64,000 bases of DNA from an uncultured Bacilli bacterium (lineage in GTDB: Bacteria > Bacillota_I > Bacilli_A > RF39 > UBA660). Location: assembly GCA_934096015.1 (NCBI GenBank), contig CAKOLD010000001.1, positions 27,069-91,068 of the forward strand, in the 5' to 3' direction. The position numbers were made by a program, and so were the translations under genes. Below the pieces are notes generated by a model. The model made no database searches, was not told where the DNA came from, and saw only the letters and a list, made by a program, of their open reading frames with translations. The first letter of the stretch is position 1. Every line of letters starts with the position of its first letter. Below are positions 10,155 to 20,894 of this stretch, piece by piece.

Positions 10155-11960
10155 CTAATTACGATTCTCTCTATAACGATCTTTTGGGTCTAAAATTGCT
10201 TTTCTTATTCTGATATCATCAGGAGTAATTTCTACATACTCATCATCTTCTATAAATTCTAAAGCTTCTTCTAGTGAAAAAGTTTTTGGAGTAATTAATT
10301 GAATTGCATCGTCGCTACCACTAGCACGAGTGTTAGTTAATTGTTTATTTTTACATGGATTAACATTTAAATCATTTTCTCTATTATTTATACCAATTAC
10401 CATTCCAACATAAACATCAGTAGCTGGCCCAACAATCAATGTTCCTCTATCTTGAAGATTCCATAATGAATACCCTAAAGTTTTTCCATTTTCCATAGAA
10501 ACTAATACACCATTTTTTCTTGTAGTTAATGCACCAGCATATGGTTTATAATCTTCAAAACTTCTAACCATAACGCCTTCACCTTTAGTATTTGTTATAA
10601 AGGCACTTCTATATCCGATCAACCCTCTAGTAGGAACAGAAAATTCTAAATGAGTATAATTATCATCAGTTGTTTGCATACTTTGCAATAAACCTTTTCT
10701 TTCCTGTAAATCATTGATAATCGTACTAGCATAATCACTTGGACAATTTACAATAACTTTTTCAAATGGCTCATATTTTTTACCATCTATTTCTTTTATT
10801 AAAACTTGAGGTTTTGAAACTGATAGCTCATACCCTTCACGTCTCATATTTTCCAACAATACAGATAAATGAAGTTCTCCACGTCCACTAACTTTAAAAC
10901 CATCGCTGTTTTCTAGTTCTTCTACTTCAAGTCCAACATTCGTTTCTAACTCTTTATCCAATCTTTCTTTTATGTGCCTATTAGTTAAATATTTTCCACT
11001 TCTTCCAGCAAATGGACTATTATTAACTAAAAAATTCATAGAAAGTGTTGGTTTATCAATATGGATTGGAGGTAATGGATTTGGTTTACCTAAACTACAT
11101 ACAGTGTCTCCAATACTTATACTAGAACAACCAGCAATAGTAACAATATCTCCATAATAAGCTTCTTTTTTTTCAACACGATTTATTCCTTCATTAACAA
11201 ATAACTTACTTACTTTAAAAGAAGTTTCCTTACCATCATTACTTATTAATGTTACAGTTTGACCACTTACAATTTTACCCTTATTAATTCTTCCAATACC
11301 TAATCTTCCAATATAATCGTCATAATCTAAAGAACTTATTTGTAATTGTAAATCGTCATTTTCATCACCTTCAAAAGGTCTAACTTGTGTTAATACAGTA
11401 TCAAGCAAAGGTTGGATAGTATCCTCCATTTTATTCAGATCCAAAGTTGATTTACCTTCTTTAGCAATACCATAAACTATTGGAAAATCTAATTGTTCAT
11501 CAGTAGCATTTAAATCACAAAATAAATCAAAAGTCATATTAACAACTTCTTCAGGTCTAGCATCCTTTTTATCAATTTTATTAATAAATAATATTGGCTT
11601 TAAATTTTGTTCCAAAGCCTTATTCAAAACAAATCTAGTTTGAGGCATAGGACCTTCCGCACTATCAACAATTAAAATAACAGTATCAACAGTCTTAATA
11701 ACTCTTTCAACTTCACTTGAAAAATCAGCATGACCTGGAGTATCAACAATATTTATTTTATAATCTTTATAACGAATCGCACAATTTTTAGAATAAATAG
11801 TAATTCCTCTTTCTCTTTCCAAATCATTACTATCCATTACACAGTCAACAACTTCTTCATTTTCTCTAAAAACACCATTTTGTTCTAACAACGCATCAAC
11901 CAAAGTACTTTTACCAGCATCAACGTGTGCTACAACCGCAACATTTATAATTTTATCCAT
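10155..11960 (-). CDS. typA: translational GTPase TypA/BipA
   Basis: N-terminus IINVAVVAHVDAGKSTLVDALL...DTPGHADF carries G-domain motifs with EF-G-like domains. 601 aa. Confidence 0.9.
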   Translation of the reverse strand: MDKIINVAVVAHVDAGKSTLVDALLEQNGVFRENEEVVDCVMDSNDLERERGITIYSKNCAIRYKDYKINIVDTPGHADFSSEVERVIKTVDTVILIVDSAEGPMPQTRFVLNKALEQNLKPILFINKIDKKDARPEEVVNMTFDLFCDLNATDEQLDFPIVYGIAKEGKSTLDLNKMEDTIQPLLDTVLTQVRPFEGDENDDLQLQISSLDYDDYIGRLGIGRINKGKIVSGQTVTLISNDGKETSFKVSKLFVNEGINRVEKKEAYYGDIVTIAGCSSISIGDTVCSLGKPNPLPPIHIDKPTLSMNFLVNNSPFAGRSGKYLTNRHIKERLDKELETNVGLEVEELENSDGFKVSGRGELHLSVLLENMRREGYELSVSKPQVLIKEIDGKKYEPFEKVIVNCPSDYASTIINDLQERKGLLQSMQTTDDNYTHLEFSVPTRGLIGYRSAFITNTKGEGVMVRSFEDYKPYAGALTTRKNGVLVSMENGKTLGYSLWNLQDRGTLIVGPATDVYVGMVIGINNRENDLNVNPCKNKQLTNTRASGSDDAIQLITPKTFSLEEALEFIEDDEYVEITPDDIRIRKAILDPKDRYRENRN

Positions 11961-12197
11961 AGAAACACTTCCTTTTTAATAACCAGTTAATAATACTACA
12001 AAATATAAAACTTTGCAATATTTACACAAATATCTATTTAAATTAATGTTTTTAATTAGGCTATTATATTGCCGAAAAAATAAAAAGTCAAACAAAAAAA
12101 TTTTACCTTAATGTAAATGCAACATAATATCAGATATTTTTAATAAAATAAATTGAATTAAAATTTTAGGTAGTATATAATCAAATTAGGTGATACG

Positions 12198-14768
12198 ATG
12201 CTCAAAAAAATTGGTAATAATATTAAAAAAAATAAAGATATATATTTAACATTTCTAATTGGAATAGCTATTATTTCAATTATATATTTTTTACAAAAAA
12301 TTTCTCCATTCGGAGAAAATTCTACTTTAACAGTTGATTTTTATCATCAGTACGGCCCAATGTTAGCAGAATTATACAATAGAATAAATACAGGAAAAAA
12401 TCTCATATATTCCTTTACCATGTCTATGGGATTACCATTTTTTAGAAATTTTTTAAATTATTTGTCTAGTCCTTTCAACATTCTATTACTATTATTTAAA
12501 CATGAAAACTTGTTGACTGGATTTTCAATTATAATTGGTTTAAAAGCTGTAGTAGCTTCAACTACCATGAGCTACTTTTTAAAAAAGAAATTTAATTCAA
12601 AAACGCCAGTAATAATCGCTTTAGGTTTACTATATGGATTTAATGCATATTTTACTGCTTATTATTGGAATATAATGTGGCTTGATGGTTTAGTATTTCT
12701 ACCACTAATCACTAAAGGAATTGAAGATTTAATTGATGACGATAAAAATCTACTTTATATTTTAAGTCTAGCAACCATGATAATTGCTAATTATTTCATA
12801 GCATATATGATTTGTATATATAGTGTTATCTATTTTGCAATTTATTTATTTATTAACAAAAAAAATCTTAAGTATAAAAAAATAATAAAAAAAATATTTG
12901 TCTTTTGCCTTTCATCACTTTTAGCAGGTACTCTAACAGCTGTTTTAACACTACCACTTGCAAGTAGCTTAACCTCAACTAGTGCTACAAATGACACAAT
13001 GCCTTTTACAAGATATTATAATTTTAACTTACTAGAATTTTTAATCAGTCATTTATCTGGGTCCACAAAATCCGTATTTGCTTCTGATATTACAAATGCT
13101 CCTAATATATCTTGTGGAATAATTTGTTTAGCATTGCTAATTTTATTTTACACTAATCCAAAAATTCATATAAAAATTAAAATAGCTTACTTCATAATAC
13201 TAGGGATACTAATAGCAAGTTTTTTCTACGCACCTTTAGATTATATATGGCATGCTTTCCATGTCCCTAACGACTTACCCTATAGATTTTCATTTTTATA
13301 TTCTTTTACTTTACTAATTATATGTTCTTACTCACTTTTAAAAATTAAAGATAATAAAATTATTTTTGTATTTATTTCATATCTATTATGTTTAGGATTT
13401 TTAATATTTGTGAAAATTTTAGACACCGAACAAATAACTAATAATTTATTATTAATAAATATCATCCTAATTTCTATTTATTTTCTTATATACACAATTC
13501 ACCATTTTTATCCTAAAGTTCAAAAATTAATGTATATTATATTTATCCTAACAATATCACTGGAATGTATAATAAAAACTAATTCAAATTGGTCAATAGA
13601 TCAAAAAATAAGTGATTTTTATGATGATTATAATCAAACTCAAAATATTTTAAATTTTATAAAAGATAATAACAGTGATAACAATGAAAGTATATTCTAT
13701 AGAGTAGAAAAAACAAATATGTTAACCTTTAATGATTCTTCTTGGTACAACTATTATGGTATCACTTCATTTAGCTCAATGATCTATGAAAATTTGGCAA
13801 AAATGCAAAGAGATCTAGGAATGCCAGGGAATGAAATAAATAGTTTTTACTATAAACCAAATACGCCAATATATAATCTAATGTTTAATCTAAAATATAC
13901 ACTTGGAGATAATCACGATTACCTTCATTATAAAAACATTTTAATAAATAATAAAGAACCTATATATAAAACAAATTTTTATAACAATTTATTTTATGTT
14001 TCAAATCACAATATCAAAAACTGGAAATTAACTGAAAAAGATCCAATAAGAAATCAAAACAACTTTATAGAATATACAACAGGAATCAAAAACACATTCG
14101 AAAAAAAATCTGTAGAAAACAAAAATATAATAGAACAAAAAAATAATATAACATTAATAAAATATGAATTTGCTAACTCATTTACTAATAATTACATTTA
14201 TCTAAGTGATAATAATATTGATTTTTTCATAATTAATAATATTTTGTATACCACAAATGATAATCAAGAAAATTTAAATATTATTTTTCCACAATTATCT
14301 TACTATAACACCGTAGATTACACTGAAAAAAGACTTTTAACTTTTTACAGTGATGACGAAAATATAGAAGTTTACGTAGGATATAATTATTACCATAATA
14401 ATGATATAACACTTTATAACTTAAATGAATCTAAATTTTCTGATGCAGTAGCTAAATTATCTGACACAAAAATAAATATTATTAAATTTGCCGAATCAAA
14501 TATAATTTTAACTACAAACTTAAAAAAAGATGAAACAATATATTCATCAATACCATATGACAAAGGATGGGAAGTATACGTAAATTCTAAAAAAATAGAA
14601 ACTTATAAAATAGCAGATACATTATTAGGATTCGATATAAAACAAGGAAATCATACGATAGAATTAAAATATAAACCGCACAATTACAAATATGGTTTAA
14701 TAATAACATTAACATCAACAATTATTCTCTTTATCAGTCAATGGAAATGGAAAAGGAAATTGCAATAA
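12198..14768 (+). CDS. yfhO: YfhO-family polytopic membrane protein (putative glycosyltransferase of cell-envelope polymers)
   Basis: 856 aa with more than 10 TM helices. The N-terminus ...NSTLTVDFYHQYGPMLAEL is typical of YfhO. It has a large C-terminal extracytoplasmic domain. Confidence 0.7.
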   Translation: MLKKIGNNIKKNKDIYLTFLIGIAIISIIYFLQKISPFGENSTLTVDFYHQYGPMLAELYNRINTGKNLIYSFTMSMGLPFFRNFLNYLSSPFNILLLLFKHENLLTGFSIIIGLKAVVASTTMSYFLKKKFNSKTPVIIALGLLYGFNAYFTAYYWNIMWLDGLVFLPLITKGIEDLIDDDKNLLYILSLATMIIANYFIAYMICIYSVIYFAIYLFINKKNLKYKKIIKKIFVFCLSSLLAGTLTAVLTLPLASSLTSTSATNDTMPFTRYYNFNLLEFLISHLSGSTKSVFASDITNAPNISCGIICLALLILFYTNPKIHIKIKIAYFIILGILIASFFYAPLDYIWHAFHVPNDLPYRFSFLYSFTLLIICSYSLLKIKDNKIIFVFISYLLCLGFLIFVKILDTEQITNNLLLINIILISIYFLIYTIHHFYPKVQKLMYIIFILTISLECIIKTNSNWSIDQKISDFYDDYNQTQNILNFIKDNNSDNNESIFYRVEKTNMLTFNDSSWYNYYGITSFSSMIYENLAKMQRDLGMPGNEINSFYYKPNTPIYNLMFNLKYTLGDNHDYLHYKNILINNKEPIYKTNFYNNLFYVSNHNIKNWKLTEKDPIRNQNNFIEYTTGIKNTFEKKSVENKNIIEQKNNITLIKYEFANSFTNNYIYLSDNNIDFFIINNILYTTNDNQENLNIIFPQLSYYNTVDYTEKRLLTFYSDDENIEVYVGYNYYHNNDITLYNLNESKFSDAVAKLSDTKINIIKFAESNIILTTNLKKDETIYSSIPYDKGWEVYVNSKKIETYKIADTLLGFDIKQGNHTIELKYKPHNYKYGLIITLTSTIILFISQWKWKRKLQ

Positions 14769-15698
14769 TCAATTTCCTTCTTTTTTTACAAACAATTCAT
14801 CATTATATGTCGTCGGCATAAGAATTTCAAAATCATTAATAATAGAAACAGTATAATTTAACTTAGATCTATCCAATTTTTCACCATCTATACACCAACT
14901 TTTATCTGGATAATTAGCAAATTTTAATTTAATTTTATCAGTTTTATAAAATTCCAATCCAGAAACTTTATTAATATCATTTGTAGTTAATAATTTTAAA
15001 GTCCTAATAATATCAATTCTATTTCTAAAATTGCATAATAACACTTCAAATTCATTATCATCCAGTTTAACATCTTTATAAAAATTATTTATTCCAGCTA
15101 TTCTGTTAGCATTACTAATTAACATAAAAGAATAATAACCAGTTTTTTCAATTCCATTAATTTCATAAGTTAAATTATATAATTTTACCGGTTTAAAAAA
15201 ATCTTTTATACCCTCTATTAAATAAGCCAAATAGCCAATTTTCTTTTTTAAATATCTTGGAGTTTCATAAGCAACGGTTACAAATTTTCCCAATCCTGCA
15301 ACATATACAAATGGTCTATCATTTATAGAACATATATCAATTTTTTTAACTTCACCGTTTAAAGCAAGGAGTAAATTTTTTTGGAAATTTTTTGTATAAC
15401 CAAACATTTTTCCTACATCATTAGTAGTTCCAACGGGAATGTGGCATACAATTAATCTATCTTTTCTAAGCAAATTACCTGTTACAACTTCATTAAAAGT
15501 TCCATCTCCACCTATAGAAAAAACAACATCAACTTTATCTAAGTGACTTACTATTTCCTTAGCATGGCCAGCATATTTAGTAGGAATAAATTTTGGTAAA
15601 TAATTAAATTTACTCAAATATTTTTTACAAAGTTTTAAATTATCTTTATTTAAGGTGTGTCCGCTATTAGGGTTGTATATGACTACACATGTTTTCAT
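14769..15698 (-). CDS. dagK: diacylglycerol/lipid kinase (DagK/YegS family)
   Basis: MKTCVVIYNPNSG...GGDGTFNEVV is the DAGK catalytic motif. The start is taken at the internal Met with a GGTGAT RBS. Confidence 0.8.
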   Translation of the reverse strand: MKTCVVIYNPNSGHTLNKDNLKLCKKYLSKFNYLPKFIPTKYAGHAKEIVSHLDKVDVVFSIGGDGTFNEVVTGNLLRKDRLIVCHIPVGTTNDVGKMFGYTKNFQKNLLLALNGEVKKIDICSINDRPFVYVAGLGKFVTVAYETPRYLKKKIGYLAYLIEGIKDFFKPVKLYNLTYEINGIEKTGYYSFMLISNANRIAGINNFYKDVKLDDNEFEVLLCNFRNRIDIIRTLKLLTTNDINKVSGLEFYKTDKIKLKFANYPDKSWCIDGEKLDRSKLNYTVSIINDFEILMPTTYNDELFVKKEGN

Positions 15699-15775
15699 TT
15701 GTATCACCACGTAAATTATAAATTTCATTTTTTAATAAGTCAAACATTTTCGGTTAATAGCCGTAATCTTTTTAT

Positions 15776-16921
15776 TTGCAAAACATAAAATGTAAAGAAG
15801 GGAGTAAATCATTGAATAATTGTGATATAAGAAAAAATCCATCATGTTGTAATAATTTTCCTAATCCTCAAATAGGACCTACGGGACCTACAGGGCCTTT
15901 TGGACCAACAGGTCCTCAAGGTATTCAAGGCATTCAAGGTATTCCAGGAGAAACTGGACCTACGGGACCTCAAGGTATTCAAGGAATCCAGGGTATTCAA
16001 GGTATTCCGGGAGCTGTTGGAGCAACAGGACCTACGGGACCAACGGGACCTCAAGGAACTGCTGGAACTCAAGGAGTTACTGGTCCGACTGGACCTCAGG
16101 GAGAAACAGGACCTACGGGACCAACGGGACCTCAAGGAACTGCTGGAACTCAAGGAGCTACTGGTCCGACTGGACCTCAGGGAGAAACAGGACCAACGGG
16201 GCCAACAGGTCCTCAAGGAATAACCGGAACTCAAGGAGTCACCGGTCCGACTGGGCCTACGGGGCCAACGGGCCCAACAGGCCCTGCTGGAACTGCAGAT
16301 ACCATAAGTATAGGAAATGTAGAAACTGGAGACGCAGGAACTGCAGCACAAATAACAGACACTGGAAGTGGAACTAATCACATTTTAAATTTTGTGATTC
16401 CTAAAGGCACTACTGAAACTACACAACGTAATGCCTACCTGGTTACATTTAATGAAAACAATCAAAATCCAATAGATGTATTAAGCAACAACAAAATTCC
16501 ACTTACAAAAAAAGAAATAGATATAACAAATATAGTAACTCTAGACCCAACAGATAATACAATTCAATTTAATGTTCCGGGGTACTATCAAATCAATTTT
16601 ACTGCTTTTGCATATGCAAGTGATAATGGAAGAGATTTTGATCAAACAAAAGATTTTGTATCTATCGGATTAAGAACGGCTGGTACAGACGACATATATG
16701 TTGGTGCTAGTAAATGGACAAATTCAACAATAGCCACTGAAATAACGGGCCAAGGAATAATTTCAGTACCAGATATTTCTACTCCATTTGAATTAGTAAA
16801 CTTAAGCCCTAGTACTATTCACTTAACAAGTCCAGATATGAATTATATTAAATCAAGTTCATATTTTACAAACCCACTAGTAACTATTACAATTGAATAC
16901 TTAGGAAGACAAAATATATAA
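15776..16921 (+). CDS. BclA-like collagen-triple-helix repeat protein (exosporium/surface glycoprotein candidate)
   Basis: The N-terminal region is followed by about 150 residues of G-X-Y repeats dominated by GPT/GPQ/GIQ triplets. The C-terminal domain of about 200 aa is non-collagenous and beta-rich. The likely start is the TTG at 15812, downstream of a GAAGGGAG RBS. Confidence 0.7.
   Translation: MQNIKCKEGSKSLNNCDIRKNPSCCNNFPNPQIGPTGPTGPFGPTGPQGIQGIQGIPGETGPTGPQGIQGIQGIQGIPGAVGATGPTGPTGPQGTAGTQGVTGPTGPQGETGPTGPTGPQGTAGTQGATGPTGPQGETGPTGPTGPQGITGTQGVTGPTGPTGPTGPTGPAGTADTISIGNVETGDAGTAAQITDTGSGTNHILNFVIPKGTTETTQRNAYLVTFNENNQNPIDVLSNNKIPLTKKEIDITNIVTLDPTDNTIQFNVPGYYQINFTAFAYASDNGRDFDQTKDFVSIGLRTAGTDDIYVGASKWTNSTIATEITGQGIISVPDISTPFELVNLSPSTIHLTSPDMNYIKSSSYFTNPLVTITIEYLGRQNI
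16028..16207 (+). repeat. tandem 90-nt direct duplication inside the collagen-like region (30-aa unit [16 protein letters not shown](V/A)[13 protein letters not shown])
   Basis: Two near-identical 90-nt units with 1-2 mismatches can be read directly at 16028-16117 and 16118-16207. Confidence 0.8.
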
Positions 16922-16965
16922 AAGAGTTTTTAACTCTTTTTTAAAATAAAGAAAGGAAATTTTAA

Positions 16966-18036
16966 ATGAAAATATGTGTTTACGCCATCGCTAAAAATGA
17001 AGAACAATTTGTTGATAGATGGTACAACTCAATGAAGGAAGCAGATGAAATATATGTACTTGATACAGGTTCCACAGATAATACGGTTAAATTATTAAAA
17101 GATAAAGGAGTAATTGTAAAAATTAAAGAAATAAATCCTTGGAGATTCGATACTGCCAGAATTGAATCTTTAAAAATGGTTCCTGAAAATACCGATTTAT
17201 GTGTATGTACTGATTTAGATGAAATATTTCGTCCTGGTTGGAGAAAAGAATTAGAAAAATTGTACACAGGAAAAACAAGAGTAAGATATAATTACAATTG
17301 GAGTTTAAAAAATAATAAACCATTAGTAAATTTTTATTTAGATAACATTCATGTAAGAAAAGGATATACATGGACTCACCCAGTTCACGAGGTATTAACA
17401 AACACGGCCGACAATGAAACATTTGACACAATTCCAACTATAATATTAGATCATTACCCTGATTCAAAAAAATCAAGAAAATCATATTTAAAATTACTTG
17501 AATTATCCGTTAAAGAAGATCCTGAAGATGACAGAAATATGCATTACTTGGGAAGAGAATACATGTATTATCAAAAATATGATAAATGTATTAAAACTTT
17601 AAAAAAACATTTAAACCTTGAAAGTTCTAAGTGGAAAGATGAAAGAAGTGCTTCGATGAGATTTATTGCTAGAAGTTATATAGCTAAAAATAAAAACAAT
17701 CTAGCTATAAAATGGTACCAAAAAGCAATCAACGAAACACCATACTTAAGAGAGCCATTAATTGAACTAGCAATGTTATATTATAATGAAAAAAAATATT
17801 ATGAGATGCTAGATCTACTAATCAAAGCCAAAACAATTAAAAATAAAAACAAAACTTATATTAATGAACCATTTGCTTGGGATTCCACTTTAGATGATTT
17901 ATTAAGTCTAGCATATTATTACTTAGGACTATATGAAGAAAGCATTTTTTATATAAATAAAGCCTTAAAAATCGATCCTAATAATGAAAGACTTAAAGAA
18001 AATAAAAAAATATTTTTAAACTCTCAAAATCAATAA
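16966..18036 (+). CDS. family-2 glycosyltransferase with C-terminal TPR repeats
   Basis: N-terminus ICVYAIAKNEEQFVDRWYNSMKEADEIYVLDTGSTDNTV is a GT2 (GT-A fold) motif. C-terminal TPR-like repeats include YLGREYMYYQKYDKCIKTL and AIKWYQKAIN. It lies directly downstream of the collagen-like gene. Confidence 0.7.
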   Translation: MKICVYAIAKNEEQFVDRWYNSMKEADEIYVLDTGSTDNTVKLLKDKGVIVKIKEINPWRFDTARIESLKMVPENTDLCVCTDLDEIFRPGWRKELEKLYTGKTRVRYNYNWSLKNNKPLVNFYLDNIHVRKGYTWTHPVHEVLTNTADNETFDTIPTIILDHYPDSKKSRKSYLKLLELSVKEDPEDDRNMHYLGREYMYYQKYDKCIKTLKKHLNLESSKWKDERSASMRFIARSYIAKNKNNLAIKWYQKAINETPYLREPLIELAMLYYNEKKYYEMLDLLIKAKTIKNKNKTYINEPFAWDSTLDDLLSLAYYYLGLYEESIFYINKALKIDPNNERLKENKKIFLNSQNQ

Positions 18037-18192
18037 TTTATTATTACTTACAACCGTATTATTAAAAAAGTAGATTCAAAGTTTCTGCTTTTTTTATTTA
18101 TAAATAATAATTTTTTAGTAGCATATTAAAAATATTTTTAACATAAAATACAAAGTAATAACATATTTCTTCAATCATTTAAAGTATTTGAA

Positions 18193-18221
18193 TTGACAAA
18201 AATAACATCTTAGTGTAAAAT
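18193..18221 (+). promoter_or_regulatory. candidate sigma-A promoter for tRNA-Cys (TTGACA, 17 nt spacer, TAAAAT)
   Basis: -35 TTGACA at 18193-18198 and -10 TAAAAT at 18216-18221 are separated by 17 nt. They sit about 25 nt upstream of the tRNA 5' end. Confidence 0.35.
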
Positions 18222-18246
18222 TAATTTACATGGATTAATTAGAAAT

Positions 18247-18321
18247 GGGTCTATAGCCAAGTGGTAAGGCATGGGACTGCAACTCCCTGATTCGTTGGTT
18301 CAAATCCGACTAGGCCCTCCA
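18247..18321 (+). tRNA. tRNA-Cys (anticodon GCA)
   Basis: Acceptor stem GGGTCTA/TAGGCCC, discriminator T and encoded CCA. D-loop AGCCAAGTGGTAAGGC. Anticodon loop CTGCAAC. T-arm GGTTCAAATCC. Confidence 0.85.
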
Positions 18322-18332
18322 TAAATAAATTA

Positions 18333-18360
18333 AACTCGAATACTCGAGTTTTTTTTATTA
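18333..18360 (+). terminator. hairpin plus T-run downstream of tRNA-Cys
   Basis: aaactcgaatactcgag followed by tttttttt. Confidence 0.4.
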
Positions 18361-18397
18361 TTATAAATTATAGTAAAATAAAAAACCCTAAGAGGGG

Positions 18398-19984
18398 TTA
18401 TTTTAATTTATAAACATATTTTACATTTCTAGTATTAATTACAAACTCAACTGATTCAGCATTTTCTAATTCTTTAGGAATTTCAATTAATAAAACATTT
18501 TGAGATTCTAAATTTTTTCTTACTGAAACATTAATGCTTTTACTTTTACCATCGATATAATAAAATAAAGAAATAAATTTATTAAAAAACTGTTCTGAAT
18601 TTTGAATATAATTATAAATTGAACTGTTTTGGTCAATTGAAAAATTATATTCAATTTTTAATAATGTATTTTTTATGTTGTCATCTGCATTAATAACACC
18701 TGTTTTTTGTGAACAATTATCTGAAATACACACTTCATAATTATATTCATAAAAACTTACAAGATCATAATTTAAAAGACTAAAATCAGTACTTCCAAAC
18801 TGTTCTTCTAAAACTCCTAAAGAACTACCAAGATTAACATTAATAATATCTTTATCTTTATCAAGTTTTTCTGGACTTAAATTAATATTAATATATTTTG
18901 CTTTATTTGTTTTATTATCAACAGAATCATAAATTTTTAATTTTAAACCAGACAAAGATTTATTAATATCTAATTCATACACTAATATAAAATAATAATC
19001 ATCTTGATTATTTAATAAATTACCTTCGTAAGTTTTTCCTAAATCACTAAAATCTGAACTTTTAGGATTAAAAGGATAATAGTAATTTTCTCCATCGGTT
19101 AATCGAAACTTTTTAGTATCGAACAAAACACTTTCATAATTAATATTTTTAATTTTTAAATCTACTACTATATACTTTTTATCATTATTAATAATATTAC
19201 CAAAAACATTTTTTTCAGTCACATAAGATTTATTAACAGTAATTAAATAGTTCCCAGCAGAAACAGAAGTTTTCTCTCCATAATTATTATTTACAAATTT
19301 GTAATTCACAAAAAAATATATTACAAAAAAAATCGGAATTGCCACAATAATGGCTGTAAGCAAAAATTTATTTTCATAATAATAATATTTAAATTCTCTA
19401 GCTTTTTTTCTAAAAAATCGTATATATTTATATAAATTATTAGTTACTTCTAATTCAACTTCTTCACTGTCTCCTTCGTTTATTTCTAAATCTTTAATAT
19501 CTTTAGAAAAATTAAACTGTTTTACATTAAATCCAATAGCTCTAAGAATAGAAACTATTAAAAAATAATATTGTGGCAATGGTAATAAAAAGGAAATATC
19601 TCTATATGCTCTTAAAGATTCATTAGTCATAGAGGTTTCTTCCACTATAGATAATGCTGATTTTGCAAAAAACAAATAGAACATAAACACTAAAAAATAT
19701 AATATCAAAAATATATAAAATTTTCTTGGCTTATTCTTATTTTTCATCAATATCCAAATAAATAAACCAAACAGTATAATAACAATTATAAATAAATAGA
19801 TTAATCCTGGAATATATTTACCACTAAGTCCTAAAGTATTTGCTGTTTGATTTTGAGCAAGATTATTAAATAATTTTGTTAATAGATAAGATTTATAAAC
19901 TACATAAATTATTAAAACACTTAATATTAAATGAAATAATTTAAAATGTTTAATCATAAAAGCATAAGGCTTTTTAAATACCAT
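18398..19984 (-). CDS. polytopic membrane protein with a C-terminal extracytoplasmic DUF4352-like beta domain
   Basis: 528 aa with about 5 N-terminal TM helices, an acidic cytoplasmic loop and one further TM. The roughly 300 aa external domain has the pattern KYIVVDLKIKNINYESVLFDTKKFRLTDGENYYYP. Confidence 0.45.
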   Translation of the reverse strand: MVFKKPYAFMIKHFKLFHLILSVLIIYVVYKSYLLTKLFNNLAQNQTANTLGLSGKYIPGLIYLFIIVIILFGLFIWILMKNKNKPRKFYIFLILYFLVFMFYLFFAKSALSIVEETSMTNESLRAYRDISFLLPLPQYYFLIVSILRAIGFNVKQFNFSKDIKDLEINEGDSEEVELEVTNNLYKYIRFFRKKAREFKYYYYENKFLLTAIIVAIPIFFVIYFFVNYKFVNNNYGEKTSVSAGNYLITVNKSYVTEKNVFGNIINNDKKYIVVDLKIKNINYESVLFDTKKFRLTDGENYYYPFNPKSSDFSDLGKTYEGNLLNNQDDYYFILVYELDINKSLSGLKLKIYDSVDNKTNKAKYININLSPEKLDKDKDIINVNLGSSLGVLEEQFGSTDFSLLNYDLVSFYEYNYEVCISDNCSQKTGVINADDNIKNTLLKIEYNFSIDQNSSIYNYIQNSEQFFNKFISLFYYIDGKSKSINVSVRKNLESQNVLLIEIPKELENAESVEFVINTRNVKYVYKLK

Positions 19985-20038
19985 ATATATTCACCTACTA
20001 TATACTTAGTATATAACAAAAAAAAAGAAAAATATATA

Positions 20039-20383
20039 CTAATTTTTCTTAACTAAAAGCTGTCCATCTAAAAGATAAATAACTCTATTATCATTTAATA
20101 ATTGGGAAACCGAACTATCAAAAGTATTAGCAACAGTATCTAAAGTATCACCAGATTTTGTTAAGTAATAACTAAAACCACTTTTAGGTATCATTAATAC
20201 TTGACCAGGATATATATAATCTGTCAAATTAAGTCCATTTAAAGCTGATAATAACTCTGGATTTATATTGTATTTTTTTGAAATCTGATACAAATTATCT
20301 CCAGATTTTATTGTGTAATATTCGTAATATTCATTTTCCAATCTATTATCTTTCTCTCCATTTATATTAAAAGTATTATACAT
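20039..20383 (-). CDS. tandem LysM-domain protein (peptidoglycan-binding)
   Basis: Two LysM repeats: YYTIKSGDNLYQISKKYNINPELLSALNGL...PGQVLMIP and YYLTKSGDTLDTVANTF...LLNDN. Confidence 0.75.
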   Translation of the reverse strand: MYNTFNINGEKDNRLENEYYEYYTIKSGDNLYQISKKYNINPELLSALNGLNLTDYIYPGQVLMIPKSGFSYYLTKSGDTLDTVANTFDSSVSQLLNDNRVIYLLDGQLLVKKN

Positions 20384-20444
20384 TTAAATCACTCCTAATA
20401 TAAAATATGGTATTTTTTTCAAAGTGTTAAAAAAAATATGTTAA

Positions 20445-20894
20445 TTAATCTTGATGATTAACAACATATTTTTTCTTTTCTTCAATCATAAATTTAGTAA
20501 CAGTTTTTTGAATTTCCGGTAAGGATTTTTTAGAAACATTTGATAAATAAATAACTTCTTTTACTGTATCAATTGTAACTGAACCCCATAATAACCCAGA
20601 TATAATTTGTAAATCATTAAATAAATCTGGAGTTATAGAATTCACTGAATAACCAACTAACAAATGTTTCTGAGCAACTACCAATCTTTCACTGGTTAAA
20701 ACCACAACAAATGTATTAAAAAATCCAAAATGATTGTTATCCTTTTGACCACCAAAAGCATACAAAACTTCCTCATTATCATGTAAATTTGCCTCAATTA
20801 CTTTTGCATGTGCAGGCAAACGCCACATTACAGTAAAAGGATATTTTTTCTTATATTCATTTAATTTATTTAACACAATTGCCAAACTACTCAC
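20445..20894 (-). CDS. hypothetical protein (possible bacterial PH-like domain)
   Basis: 149 aa ORF with no confident family. Co-directional with the LysM and thioredoxin-like genes. Confidence 0.35.
   Translation of the reverse strand: MSSLAIVLNKLNEYKKKYPFTVMWRLPAHAKVIEANLHDNEEVLYAFGGQKDNNHFGFFNTFVVVLTSERLVVAQKHLLVGYSVNSITPDLFNDLQIISGLLWGSVTIDTVKEVIYLSNVSKKSLPEIQKTVTKFMIEEKKKYVVNHQD

Noticed and set aside
15842-16381. Antisense 179-aa ORF (Ser/Arg-rich) and same-strand +1-frame 107-aa ORF (15900..16223) overlapping the collagen-like gene
   Set aside because: They are low-complexity translations of the GGN-CCN triplet repeat in other frames. They are artefacts of the repetitive, stop-poor collagen region and not genes.
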